Assembly: GCA_046563655.1 (NCBI GenBank)
Contig: CM102285.1
Coordinates: 13,516,001-13,580,000, forward strand
Length of the DNA: 64,000 nt
From: Yuukianura sp. NJ FZ-2021
Taxonomy: Eukaryota
Direction: 5' to 3'
The notes below the pieces were generated by a model. That model searched no databases. It was given only the letters and a program-made list of their open reading frames with translations, and had not been told where the DNA came from. The translations under genes were made by a program, and so were the position numbers. Shown here piece by piece: positions 11,648 through 25,200 of the stretch (the stretch's first letter is position 1; every line of letters starts with the position of its first letter).

Positions 11648-12196
11648 GACACTTGGCTTCACCGGTTTCGCGTATTGGCTGACGGCGACAGTCGGCAGAG
11701 GAACAACTTCAGGACGAATCAGCGACCCCACCAGCGACGTTAAGTTTAATCGGTTATTCTCAAGTTTTTGACAATTGAATTGAATCAACTGATTTTCAAA
11801 ACAAACACAGGACAGGAAATTGAACCAAAAATAGTAGTAGTAACTTTCCGGTAAGTTTTCCCTCCGCAAGATTTGAACTGAAAAGATTGAGATTTCCAAA
11901 TCAGCGAAATAAGCCCATTGCAACGTTAATTTACTAATTAAAAAAACTAATTACGCTTTAATAGAGAACAACGACCTTCCGTCCTAAATCCAAAATATTG
12001 TTCCGTAGAATGGTGGCTTTCTGGCTTTTACACAGAAATAGTCCGAAGTTGTAAGTTGATGAAGAAAGCTTCATCAAAATAATATTTTACTTTCACTGTG
12101 ATGAGAATGTGAGCAATAATTAAGTTAATCAATTTGTGTGTAAGAAACTACTCCAAGGATGGGCTGAGGCTAGGCTGTGGCAACGTATCAAATCGT

Positions 12197-13678
12197 TCAG
12201 GATCTTCGAAAAACACTAGGGAGAAAACTAAACGTTGGAGTAAACGTGCCCGGTGTTCCTGAGGGTTTTTGCTTCAAATTAATTAAAAGTTGTTCCCTTT
12301 CACGCTCTTTCTCTTCGTATTCCTGTCGCTTCCGTCGAAACTCTGCAATTGGGTCAGCAAACTTGGCGTAGTGACTCAGTACTTCTCGGACGTCCTCAAT
12401 TTGATTTCCAGAGATAGCTAAGACACAACACGAAACTTAAGAATCAAAACAGAAACAGAGTTAGTGTTATTCGGGAAATGTAATTGGTTACTGTTTAGAA
12501 GAGCTGCTAAGTCGAACAGAGTTCTGTCGTCATCATTTCCAAGCCATTTTGGTAGAATTATGGCGTTGTCCCGATGGCCTTGCACTGCCTTCTCATTGCA
12601 GTCGACTAAGATGACCTGGAGAAAGGAATAACATATGATCAACACAACTCAGAATTTGCATTGGAAGTCGTAAGTGAATTGAGTAGAAAATTACTCGGTG
12701 CAAGTCTCTGTTGATCCTATCCAAGTCTTTGACGTGATGACCATCATCGGTGTACTTCGTTGAGTCCCTGAATAGAGTATAAATGATAACATGGTTGGTG
12801 TCGAGAGCTCCAACGATTGGATACGCTGTAAATCCAGACTCCTGTGAATAGATGACGATTTCATAGTGCCCCCCAGCGGCAATTTGGTTCAAGAAGTAGT
12901 CAACGCCAGGCCGCTTCCGGAACCTCCAACCTGTTCGGTACTGTTAGAATCCAAACAAACAAAAGTAGCCAAAAATCGGTGTTAGATTATAGATAATCCA
13001 TGTTCAACGTACAGTCCACTCTGGATGAACGAGTACATCAGTGATTTCTAGTAGGATTGTGTATGGTGGCTGCAAGTAAGGCAGTTTCACTGGATCAGGA
13101 AGGAGTTTTTCACGAGAAGGTTCCGCAAGGAACGTTTTATAGTTCCACACTTCCTTTAAACATCTCTTGTAGTACTGCTGAATGAATGGTAAACCTGAAA
13201 ACTCGTCCTGGATGTCATTTCCGAAACTGTCCTTCTGTGGTGCACCTAAAAGATACGAAACCAATACGTTAGTAATTGTCATTCGATATTCTTGGACTAA
13301 ATTACCCCAAACGAAGAATGCATAAGCACAAGTGCCCAAGAACATCGTTCCGAAGGCTATCAGCGTATATTTGAGCGCTCTTGCAGCATTTTCTTGCTTC
13401 TTCTTCTCTTCGGCTTCATCAGTCTCTTGCTTCCCTGCCGGAGATCCCCCTTGTAATATCTGGAGTCTTGCTGATGACAATGCTGACAACGCTCTTTTAG
13501 TAATCCTTTGACATTGCAGATCAGTGACCTTGAGATGCAGAAATGTCGGGAAATGTGTAGATCCCGGAGTCGGAACCCAATGGGAGGAATACCAGCGCGT
13601 GATGGCATTGACCATGCGAGTTTCCCTTCTGTAGCTGTGACAAAGTCTGCAACAATTGAACACTGTTTTGTACAACAT
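12197..13678 (-). CDS. TIMM50: Mitochondrial import inner membrane translocase subunit TIM50
   Basis: Presequence-like N-terminus, one TM segment, then EPSREKLLPDP, YLQPPYT, LVHPEWT, GWRFRKRPGVDYFL, KDLDRINRDL, WLGNDDDRTLFDLA and EDVREVL. TGA at 12199-12197. Confidence 0.95.
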
Positions 13679-14267
13679 TTTGCTTCAGCGATTATAGTAT
13701 TCTATCAATTAATCTAGACAAGAAAATTTAAGTTAAAATCAATTTACATCACTCTTTTCTCTACTTTCAAATTTTCTAAAAATTAAAAGTTGCATGCTTG
13801 CTTGCTACACATACCTAGCACCCCTTTATACTATTGTGGGCAAAAAGAAATGTTTATGCCAAGGCTAACGTAAAAGTACTGTTTAAATACTTTTCTAATT
13901 TACATAAATTGCACAATTAATAATTAAAAATTAATGCTGTAATGAAAATATTATATTATACATTGTAGGAATTACTTTTGTCGTATTTTAAATTAAAACA
14001 CTGCTTATTATGCATGGGGAAAGGGATGTGTACGTAACTCTTAGAGCAACCAATACAAAAGTGAAATTTATTTGGTTTCGCGCCGTTTTCATTCAAAAAT
14101 TTAGATCGGATATTATACGGACCAAGGAGGCTCCTCCCTTTTCCATTTTTTTATTTTAGTGGAAGCAAGTGCGGGAAAAAGTTGAGAAAGGGAGGGAGCC
14201 TTTTGGGGTCGCCTAATCTCCGCATAGCTCCGGACAGTTTTCAAGCAGACTCCTTTACTTCACAGTG

Positions 14268-14884
14268 TAAATTCTCTTTCAGAAAATTCCAAAAAATTAA
14301 AAAACTTTGAAAATTCATATATCATGAACGGAATGCGTTTGAGAGCTAATCTCTTCACGACTAAATTCTAAATAACATGCAGTATTGTTTAAAATTTAAA
14401 AAAAAAACGAAAAACGAAAAAAGAAATCCGACGTACTTTCGAAAAAAAAAATATGAAGGCTTATAGTCTTCCTATTCATCAAAATTTTGAAGGTGGGTTT
14501 TTTTTTTGAAAATTTTTGCACCAAATTACGCGAGATGTGGTTTCGCAATGTGAACCGACCAATCTATTAACAAAAATCAATGCAAACTGCAAATTTTGCA
14601 ACTTTCTCCAAAACTGCAAAATTTTGAAAGTGATGTTTTGCAAAATTTTTGCACCAAACACCAGAAATGTTGTTTTGCAACTTGAGCCGGGCGATGGAGG
14701 CTTAGAAATTTTTGCAAAGTTCAAATTTCTAAAATTTTCCGAAACCCAAAACCCAACTGTCACTGATTCCATTCTTCCCCCTTGTTAAATCTCTTTCAGA
14801 AAATTTCAAAAAATGAAAAACTTTAAAAATTCATATCTCGTGAACGGAATGCGCCAGAGATATAATCTCTTCGCGCGACTTAAA
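14268..14884. repeat. Two diverged direct copies of a ~100-bp unit (14268-14365 and 14786-14884), probably part of a non-autonomous transposon relic
   Basis: Both copies read TAAA(T)TCTCTTTCAGAAAATT.CAAAAAAT.AAAAA(A)CTTT.AAAATTCATAT.TC.TGAACGGAATGCG...AGAG.TA(T)AATCTCTTC. No transposase ORF or terminal repeats were identified. Confidence 0.6.
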
Positions 14885-16260
14885 AATAAGTTCAGAATTC
14901 AAAAATTATTAATTCTAAAAATTTCAAAACACTCAAAAACGAACAAAAAATTTCGATCGATTGTTTTTAAATGTTCCGAAACGAAGGCTTTTTACCTAAC
15001 TTCAACGCCAAAAACAATGAAATGATGTTATTGCACCTTCAAGCGATCGCTGAAAACTGGAAATATTGACCATTTTCGAAAACGCGAGAAATAACTTCAA
15101 AAAATTCGGAAAGCTTAAGGGAAGACGTTTTGCACCAGAATTTTCCTCTTTTTTTTGCCTTTTTCAAAATGTTAGTTTTTTCCAAAATTCTCCGAAAAAG
15201 AAGTGATACTTTAGTAAATTGAAACAAATATGTTTTTTTATTAATTCTTTTTAATTTTTTCCACTTATATTAGAATTCAGAATAAAGATGAATTATGGGG
15301 TACGAGTGGAGATTGTTTTAAGATCGCGACGGTGTCTTTCCGGTATCGATTTTTTCATAGTTCCATCGATGATGAATCATAAAAATTTGTTTAGCGTGCA
15401 AACGTGTAATTTTTGCGACATTGTTCAACAAATTCAGCATTTTTGAGAATGAATATCCAATGGGTTCCGTAAGCTGTTGGTTATGTTGATGTTGTGCTGT
15501 CACCGGAAATGTGGTGGCCTAAATTCCGAAGTGTTTACGGCTGTTGGGGTGAGTGGGAGCCATTTTGAATTGTTCATGAGGTTGGAGTACGGCTAAGGGA
15601 TACACCATGTAAAATACTGTATACCTTCCGAACATTAAATTTGTGCTAATTTTAGAATTAAATTATATCTTACAACTTCCTATTAACTTTTGCACACAAT
15701 ACTCACAAAGTCTTCTCAAGATTTAAGAACAGACTAACGTTTACCTTTAAACATAAGTGATAATAATGTTTACAATTAAACTTAATAGGTTAACGTTCAA
15801 CATAACAATTCTCAACACTCCGAACATTATCTATTAAGGTTCCTATACACGATTGGATCCTGGTATCCTACGACGCGACAATTTGGACTAAAAATCAACA
15901 CCTTAGAATTAAGTGGTGGTGAATTTAACTAACACTTCTTGTGTTCCCTTCCTCTTTGACATGGAACATGTATTGCTCAGAAACAACATTGAAAACTTAA
16001 GACAAATGCAATTATTTACCTAAATACTAATCGTCCTACTTTCTGCTAAAAATAAAACCTTGGTTTTCTATTACTTTATCACAGGAGTAGAAACTCAAAA
16101 TTAAAAAAATTGGGGAAATAGGCTTAAAAATCCGATTTTTACACACTTCAACAAAAAGTTTCAAACTCCAAGAACTGGAAACTGTAAATAACATGGGTTC
16201 TTTACTAAACACAACATTAGAAGTTATCTATTGCTGACATAATCCATAAATGTCGTAGAT

Positions 16261-19200
16261 TTAAGTGGCATAGGACAATCCATCAGGCCCAACACCGCCG
16301 GACCCTGGTCCTGCAAATCTGAAAAAGAAAAATTCAACTTCTCAAAATGCTTTCTTTAACATTCTTGAAATGAAAATGAGGATGAATTAGTTTTTACCTA
16401 CTTGTTCACTGTTCCAGCGTGGTAGGCAGCGTTTGCCCCTTGGTTGCCAGACACCCAATTCGTAAATACGTCCCTAGGAATCAAATAAAAAGATTGTGAT
16501 ACCTCATTCTGATCTTAAATATGCAGTAATTTCATTCTAAAATTACCTGCAATGTGTTACCACACAATCCGATGAGCAGTACTCATCATCCCATTCGTGG
16601 CTGGTTATGCTTCCATTGTGACATCCGTTCCGAATGCACATTTGACCCGGTCGCCCAAGATTTTGTTGAGTCTCGTGACCCATGCTTTGCTGGTGTTGAG
16701 GTGCATGCATTCCTCCCATCCCTGCATCCCCCATCTGTAAACAGAAAGAAATTCTTTGTCAACATGACTCTAAACTCCAAAGTGCAAGTCAGGAATTGGC
16801 GCAGCGAAAGAAGCTTATTCCTTCACCTGTTGTTGTGGTAAGTAGCCCTGACCCTGATGTTGTTGCCTCGAGTACTGATTTTCGAGAACGTGGTTGTGAT
16901 GTTGCTGTTGGATCAACTGTTGCTGCTGCGGACTGTGTTGAGGAGGCGAATGCTGCTGGTTCGCAGGATTTTGCGGATTGACTTGTTGACCTCCCTGTAC
17001 TTTCTTTTGCTGTCCAGCATAAAAGTTTTGCTGGGCATAGTGTTGTTGTTGCTGCTGAGGCGGTGACTGCTGCTGCTGGACATGCATGGAGGCATTGAAT
17101 CCAGGAGGGTACATGCCACTGCCATCAGGCGAATCCGTAGGAGCTCCCTGCAACGATTATATTAGTCAAATGTCAGTGTCGAATTTAGTATCATAAAATC
17201 AACATAAACTGTTAAGACATTCTCGTTGGCGGCTAGTAAAGCCATAGTCGTGTACTCGGACACTTGTCGTCGTCAGTATTGAATACCTAAATAGCATTGA
17301 ATTGATCAAAGATGAACAACGATCCTTTCATTTTCATTTCTCTCAACATTCCTTCCAACATAACCTTATGCACTAAAAACACCGATGATGACCTTGTGAA
17401 TCAATTCAGATGATGTTAAAATCGCTGAATGAATTATAATTGCTGAAAAACTTATCTGTCTCCTCAGTTCTCGCAATTCTCTTGCTATTAATCTTGGGTC
17501 TTGATAATACAACGGAACCTTGTGGCGTGTCATTGGACAAAATTTGATTGACACGACCGTAACGATGATAATTGACTAATCTGATAGAATCTTACTCCGA
17601 ATCTCGACAAAACACTACCGCTACTGCGACTAACCAAGATTAACGTAAAACGTAAATAAGTTAACTTCTTTGAAAAACTACCTAATGAAAACTGAATCAA
17701 ACTCGTCACCTAAAATTGGGATTCCCAATTTAGGAATCAAATTGAAAAACAAAAAGAAACGTTTTGAAAAAAGAATCTGCGAAAAGCGAAACTGTAAAAA
17801 AAACTGTCAAAAAACTTTTCAAAGAGGCCGACATTCCCTCAATTTTTTCTCAATGGCGCCACAGCGTAGGAGAGAACTACTTGAGTTTCTAGGATGATTT
17901 TTAATTCATTTTTTATCCTAACATTTTTTCAAATCATGAGATAATTTCCATTAATTTTTTCTCTTATAGTTAACTATTTATTTATAAAGTGCTCTTTCGC
18001 CATTATTAGGTCTTTGCTCTTGTCGATATTCGGATGCCGAATTCATAAATTCCCTACTTCGTCAAAATTTGATAATTAGTATCCTGTATCCATTTATCTC
18101 CCGTTTTGTTTAAAATCTCGACCAAAATAGGGAAATAATCATGAAGATTAATTTATCCAAACATTTGTCGATGGAATTCCACTAACTTTCCCATCCCATT
18201 TGTCATCTCTCTTTTAATTTGACAATTTAGAGATGAAGAAACAAATAAATCAAATTTATCTCACTACCAAAAGATGAGCTTCAACAAATTCGTCTGACAT
18301 TAAAATATTCTCTCAGTTTATCAAAACGTATTACAATCACTGTCCTGCCACTTCCCACACTTCAAAAAGACAACAACATTCTCACAAGTAATCACTTCAC
18401 GTCCAATCCGTTAATTAGAATCCGTTAATTCACTCACAATTACCAACAAAATCAATCATCAATCCCAAAATTCTTCAACTGTGAGAATATTGAAAAACAA
18501 TATTTGACTTGAATCTTTATTTGAAAGTTTGGAAAAATGAAAGTCAGAAGTGAACTGAAACTTGGAAGTGCAACTTCCTGAATATGAAAAATGAAAAATA
18601 GTTGGCCCTTAGACGCCAAAAACACACTTTGGACACTGAGTCATAAGTGACTCAGAAGCAAATGATTTGAAGAGATTTGATCCTCAAGGACCAAAAAATA
18701 GAAAAAGAAACAATAGCCTTTAGTGTTTAGATTTACAAAAATATGATTTCTAAGAAATATAGAATGATACAGGAAAACTAGCTAAAACTCGTTTTCCAAC
18801 ATCAACATAACACACATTACATATTACAGAATTCCAACTTGTCAGAAGAGCACTTTGTCTACACTCTTTCTTGTATCACTGCTTCATTCTACACAAATTT
18901 TTCATTTTTGAAAATATGAAACAGTAAGTTTTGAAAAGTAGAAACTCCCTTGTTAGAAAGAAAGCTGATCTTCATCTTAAAAAATTCTACTTTTAAAAAA
19001 CCTCATTACGTCCGTGTTTGAAATGGATTTGAGTTAGAACTCAAAAGCGGATTCTCGTTTTTTTCCTGACACATTTGTATGCCTAATGCACACATTAGAA
19101 CAAAGTTGCCTCCGGAATGACACTTTCCCTTTTCCAAGATTTAAAAAATCTTGCTACGAATTTCTCCTTTTCAAGATTTAAAAAATCCTACTACGAATTT

Positions 19201-22200
19201 TTCTTCTTTGCTTTGATCTTCTGCTTAAATAAAAATCAGCTTCAAGATGGGACGAGAGACATGTGAGAAACTTTCCTCTTTGCTTTCACTTGAGCATTGA
19301 CGTTATTATCATAATTCTCCATTTCCATCTTCCTTTCACTAGAAGAGTGACAAAGTGCCAAATATGGGCTATGAAATGGCCACTTCCAACATCCATTCCT
19401 TCTTCCATCATTCTCCATCCAACCAAAACAACAGTAATAATTGTAAATTCAACAAAACCTTCTTCAATTTTTTCGTCAATTCAGTAAAAACTTAACTCAA
19501 TTTTTATAAAGTGCCCTACAGGAAGTTAGAACTTAAAAAACTACACTGTCAATGTCAATCCAAAGTCTAGACCATAATTTCAAAACTTGCAACCCATAAT
19601 TTTGTTGAAATTTTGAGAAAAAAAAAATAAACACATAAGTCAATACCTTTGAGACAAGACTTGCTCGGTAGGCTGCCAATTGCTTCAAGTATTCCTTCTT
19701 TGCCGCTTCCGTTTTCTTCTTGTAGACCTACGGAACATAGCAAAAAAAACTGAAATTATGAAAATTATGAAACACTTGATGCCAATTTTTCAAAGTATTC
19801 TCAATTTTTTCGTACAAAGGAAATGTGTCCTTGTTTCAAGGATTTAGTAAATGCGGAATTTGTTGGTAAAATTTTTTTTTGAAAAAAAAAATAGTACTTT
19901 CTCCCTCTAAGGAGCTTGGGAATTGTCTACTTTCTAAAACTATGTTTTCGGTCCTTCCAGAAAGATTTATTTACCAAAAGCTTGTAGTGTCATGTTAAGC
20001 ATGGACCAAAAGACGCCAAAAAACTTGTGTTTCTACAACCCCCATTCTCTTGTATTCCGTTTCACACTATTCGCATTTAAGTGTGTTGAATTCCAAAAAA
20101 GAAAGAAGAAAAAAACGGAAGACAAACAAAAATGTTAAGATAAATGTGTTTGATACGTTGTTGGAAAATGAAGAAATTTTTTTAATTAATTTATTCCTCT
20201 CCAGAAAAAAAGAGAACAGCTATGGCTTAATTAAGTACAGTGGTTAAGTTGGGTTATGCGAAGGAGAGAAAGCATGCAAAGAAAAAAGTTGGCTTCTGTT
20301 TCTGTTGGCTAAGTTCAATTGGCACTTTGCCAGAAACAGACAGCTCCAGTTTTCTAATTTATATTTTAGTTAAAAAAAAGTTCAGTTTTATTTATTCCAT
20401 TCTCCTTCCTTAATCAGACTGTTTTTTCTCTTTTCTCCACCCTTATAAAAAGTAATGAGGAAAAGAGAGGTTCGTGGAAAATGAATTGGGAAACTTTTAC
20501 TTATTTTTTCCAATTATTTATTCACTCCACGAATCCCTCATTTTCAACCCAACTCACTCACTTTTCTCACTTGGAGAAAGAAAACATGCGAGGAAAATGA
20601 GTTTTTTGGAAACTTTTTAAAAACAAGTTTTTTGAAAACTTTTCCAAACTTTTAAAAAAAAATTGACATCTCCAGATTGACTTGCCTCCCCACACCCCTT
20701 CTTACATATGAATTAAAGTAAAAAAAAAAGTTTTCTTACGTTCTTATGGTCAACTTCAAGTGCATCCCACATGGAGGCTACAATTTTTGAAACTTCTCCA
20801 AAAGATGCATTTGGATTTTGTCCTTTGATGGCCGCTTGAGTGTCACGAAAAAACAGAGCGTAGGCAGAGACAGGTCTGAAATTCACAAAAAGTTTCAAAA
20901 AATCAATTCCAAAATTCCAAACACATCAAAATCGAAAAACTAATTTCAAAATTTTCATTTCCTTATAAACTCAAATAGCTAAACTGAATAGGGTTCTTTG
21001 GAATGAACTGAACTAAATTTTCAGTTTAAGTGCTTTTCACAAGTTTTAGAAAAACAAATGATCGGAACACATGAATTCAGTTATCCACAGCAATTTTTTT
21101 TTAAATCGTTTTTTCCGGACAGTTTTTTTCTTGAAATCGTCCGAAACTGGAATCCTATTTCAGGCTGTTTCTGTCAAATCAGCCTTGATAAAGTGCATGT
21201 CGCACGTAAAAGTTGCCAGGAGAGAAAGTGGTGAAAGTGACTCTTGATTCCTGTCTCTCCCAATTGTTGCTTTCCCTCCACTTTCTGTGTTTTTTCCCTA
21301 CTTCTTTTCACTTGTGCAGAAACACAATTCAGGATGATTTCCAATGAGCGTCAGAGGAACCTCACAACCAAAATGTACTTACTCCTCTGCGTTCTCCGAA
21401 AAGTCAACTTTCCCCATGTTTACAACCAAAAACTCAAAGAAAAAGGAAAGCCCAGGGTCTTAGTTTACAAAAAACGAAGAAAAAACTACTTTCTACAGGA
21501 TCCATCGTGTGAAAACCGAATAAAATATCTTTCAAAAAAGAGAAAGCACAAAACAGGGACCAAAAAAAGAAGAAAAAAGGAAAAGTAAAATGTCCCCCAG
21601 AATCAATTTGAGATAAAAGCACTTTCAATTTTCTTCTTATTTTTTCCTTTCTTCTTCCTTTCACTTTCTTCTTCCACTTTCACTTTCCTTTCACTCTCTG
21701 TTATTTTTGTTTCTCCTTTTCCTTCTAGTTCCCTTCATATCATAATGTATTAGATTCCATTAAGAACAATTCTTACTTTGAAAAAATACGAGAAAAAAAA
21801 ATACAAAAAACACAAAAATATGAGAAAAGAATATTGTTCAGCCGTCCTGGCAAACCTAACTCGTTAGTGTTTTCCAGAAGTAAAAGAATATTAATTGTAT
21901 TATTTCTTTCTCTGCTCAAATCCTAAGGGAAAAGAGATCTTCAAAAACTGGCGCGTTATAAGCAATCCATTAAGACAGAAAAAATTTACTAAGAGGATGG
22001 ATCGTTTACAAATATACGCAATTCTCCTCTTTTCCTAATTTTTCCATCACTCACTTTCTCTTTTCATCCTCAGTTGAACATAAAAGTAGTATACACTTTC
22101 TATTTTTTTCTAAAAACTTTAAAAAATACGGCTTTAACTTTTCAGAAAAAAAAACTTTTTAGCTTAATGAATAATTTGGATAAGAGGGATGAGAAAAAAG

Positions 22201-25200
22201 AAAAGTTTTTCATTTGCCCTTACTTTTTTTAGTTTTATAAAAGGATTCCCGCCTTTGGTTAATTGGCTTAAAACAAGCACTTTCTCCCGTTTTTTTAAAA
22301 CTTGAAAAAACCCACCCCGCCACTCTTCCTAAAATACACACAACTTTCCCCCTATCACAAATCCCTATTTTTTGGTTCTTTTTTAAAATCAATTTGAGAA
22401 GTAATTTCGTATCTTCTACTGTCGACTTTCAATGTCCTTCTTTAAGTTGGAGAGGGTGAGGGAAGAAAAAGTTTTTGAAAAAGTGAAAGTGTGAAGTGAA
22501 GGTTTTTGATTAAGAAAGGCCATCTTCCAATAGAAGTAGAAGGGAGACATGGAAGATCCAAAGCTTAGTGGATCTTCAGTGTCCAAGTTCCAATTGAATC
22601 TCTTTTTGGTCCTGTGACAAATGTCTTCTGGAATCATATGTGACATAGGCCTTATTAAATTATTTCATCCCGATTTCTATGTCTTCAGCACAACTAACAT
22701 CCTCCCCTTCCCCTAACACTGATCGATAAAACAAACTTTCACATCTACACTTTTCATTCAAAACAGTCAACAGAGGAACAAACACACAATCAAAAGTTTC
22801 AAAATATGAAATTTTAAAACAGTGAATCATGTGTATGTACCGTGTACAGGAAAAGTTTGTACCAATCACAACACGGAAATTGTCAATTCCAAATTCACGT
22901 TTTTTTAAGTTTAAATTTAGAAATTTAGGTGAATTCAGAAAAGTCAAATCAAATCGAAATAAGATTTGAAACTGACTTTTCTCCTGCACGCAGGAAATGA
23001 ACCGTCCGAAAAAAGAAAAGCGTTAGTCAGAGTTTTAGTGAGCCTAGGAGAAAGTCAGTATCCTCAATTGGTTCTTGAAAGAATATAAGTGACTTTGGCC
23101 ACAAAACAAGGAAACGACTCTCCCTTCTACCCCAAATTGAAAGGAAAGATAAAGAAGATGAAGGATCTTTACTACTTTCACTTCCAACTTAACCACATTG
23201 AATCACACAAACAAAAAACGTTCAACTTCCTTCCACTTTCACACAGTAAAACAGAGGGAGTAACTTTTTTCAAAGCAGAAAGCAAAAAACAACCAAAGTT
23301 CACTTGTTTTCCTCTCTGCTTCAAAATAACACTTGAAAATGGTCATGCAACTTACTTTTGTGGCTCATTCGGATCTCGTTTCTTCTTCTTCTTTTGGGGT
23401 TTTGCTTTCTTTCCAACAGTCACCACTGGAACTGGTTCAGGACTCGGACGTTTTGCACCTCCGCTCAACTAGAAACCAGAAAAACACAATTAATTTTTTA
23501 CATTTTGAAAAGAAAGAATCCTTTTCCATGAATTTTCTTTACAAAAACAACAAAAAATTCAAATCAGTAAAAGAGAATCATTCAGTTCCACCCAAGTGGA
23601 AACAAGAAGAATAATTCTTTGAACAAAAAAAAAGTTAACCAGAAAGACATTTTCTTTTCTTTTCAAAAAGACTTGGAAAGAAACTTGAGGAATTCAAAAT
23701 TATATTCCAAAAAAAAACTCAATTCAAGTCTTTCTTTCTTCTTCAAATGATTTTTTCCTTTCTCTTTCGTTCTATTTATTTTGAATTCTAAAATAAGCAA
23801 AGCAATGGAATGGAATGAAAGAAAGAAAGCATTATAACTTTCTCTTTCTTCCTTCCTTGTCTCTGCGGAAGACAAAAAACGACAGTTTAACTATGAACTG
23901 ATATTTAAACAAACGGAATTGCCAACTTTCCGTCACAAAACGACCAATATTCCTCTTCTTACAAAAACACAAAAAAGTTTCCACAAAAAACAGAAAAACG
24001 GCACAGAGTAGACATTATCCCTCTAGAAAACAAGTCCAAAAAGACATTTCCCCCTTTTCAAATGACACAATTATGTTCAGCACGGGAAAAAACGTAATTT
24101 TTTTGAAGTTTTTCCAAAACTAGTGTATAACATTATAGTACAGGTAACAGCAAACTCTTTTCCATTTCCATTCAACTAAAGTACAGGTAATTCCAAAAGT
24201 AACTTTCACTAACAGGTAACTTTAAAAAAAACTTTAAACTCTACTTTCACCCATAGTCAAACAAAATAACGTAATTTTTTCCTCACCAAATGTTAAAACT
24301 GTTACAATTTACTAGCATTATTTTTCCCTCTTCAGTGTAACAACTTTCAAAAACAGGAGCAGAAAACTTTCTCCGCGCCTAATTTAACCACAAAATTCAA
24401 AAACATAAAAAGCCTCTTTTTTTGTTTTCCCTTTGAATTGTAAATTTCTTCTCTCCAAAAAAGAGAAAGTATTCAATAATTTTCGGGAGCAAAAGTTACA
24501 GGCAAAGGCACAAGAAGAAGAAGAATGGAATCATAAATTATCTACCTAATTCAGAATTCTCATTATGTTTTCTTTTCTTTGTCTAAAAGGGCACTTTCTC
24601 TTTTTTCCTGAACTAAAAACAGAGTAAAGAGTAGGAAGTAGTTCCTTGTGTGTGCTTGATTATAAGTAGAGTATTTTATATGCAATGTTATTATTTTTAC
24701 AAGCCATTTGCTCTTTGTATTTCCATCTCTCTTCCAAATCTCATTTTCTTCCTACTCAAATGGATCTTTACAAAAAAAAAAGAACGAAAAAAAAAACTTT
24801 ATCCAAGAAAACATAGACTACAGAACACACTCCACTTTCTCTTCTTCTACAACAGCCCAGTGAAAACTTAAACCACACCACACATCCTTCTATGCCCTCG
24901 CAATTTTACATTGAGTCAAATTAAAAATCTTCCAAAAGAAAACATTCCACTTCGACTCACAAAATTTCATAATTTTGAATTCCAAAAATTCAGCAACTTC
25001 AACTAAAACACAAAACACTATCTAATAGAAAACATAAAATACTTAACCTAAACTCTCAACTTAAAATTGACGCAGGCTGCCTCATCTTTCAAAATTCAAA
25101 AATTTAAACCAAATTGACTTAAAAACAACCTCAAGTTTCTAAAACCCACAGAAATCGTTCACTCCGAAATTCAAACCTTCAAAATTCGACCTCCAGAAAC

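Noticed and set aside
3344..13678. Operon-like or trans-spliced cluster (five co-oriented genes 450-850 bp apart)
   Set aside because: The upstream acceptors have matching cis donors (for example about 9534 to 9460 for PSMD9 and 3431 to 3379 for paralogue B), and poly(A) signals and promoter-like motifs lie between genes. Ordinary compact organisation is enough to explain it.
17230..17290. Possible alternative terminal TOX exon (tag|[17 protein letters not shown])
   Set aside because: Phase-compatible, but the polypyrimidine tract is weak and nothing else supports it.
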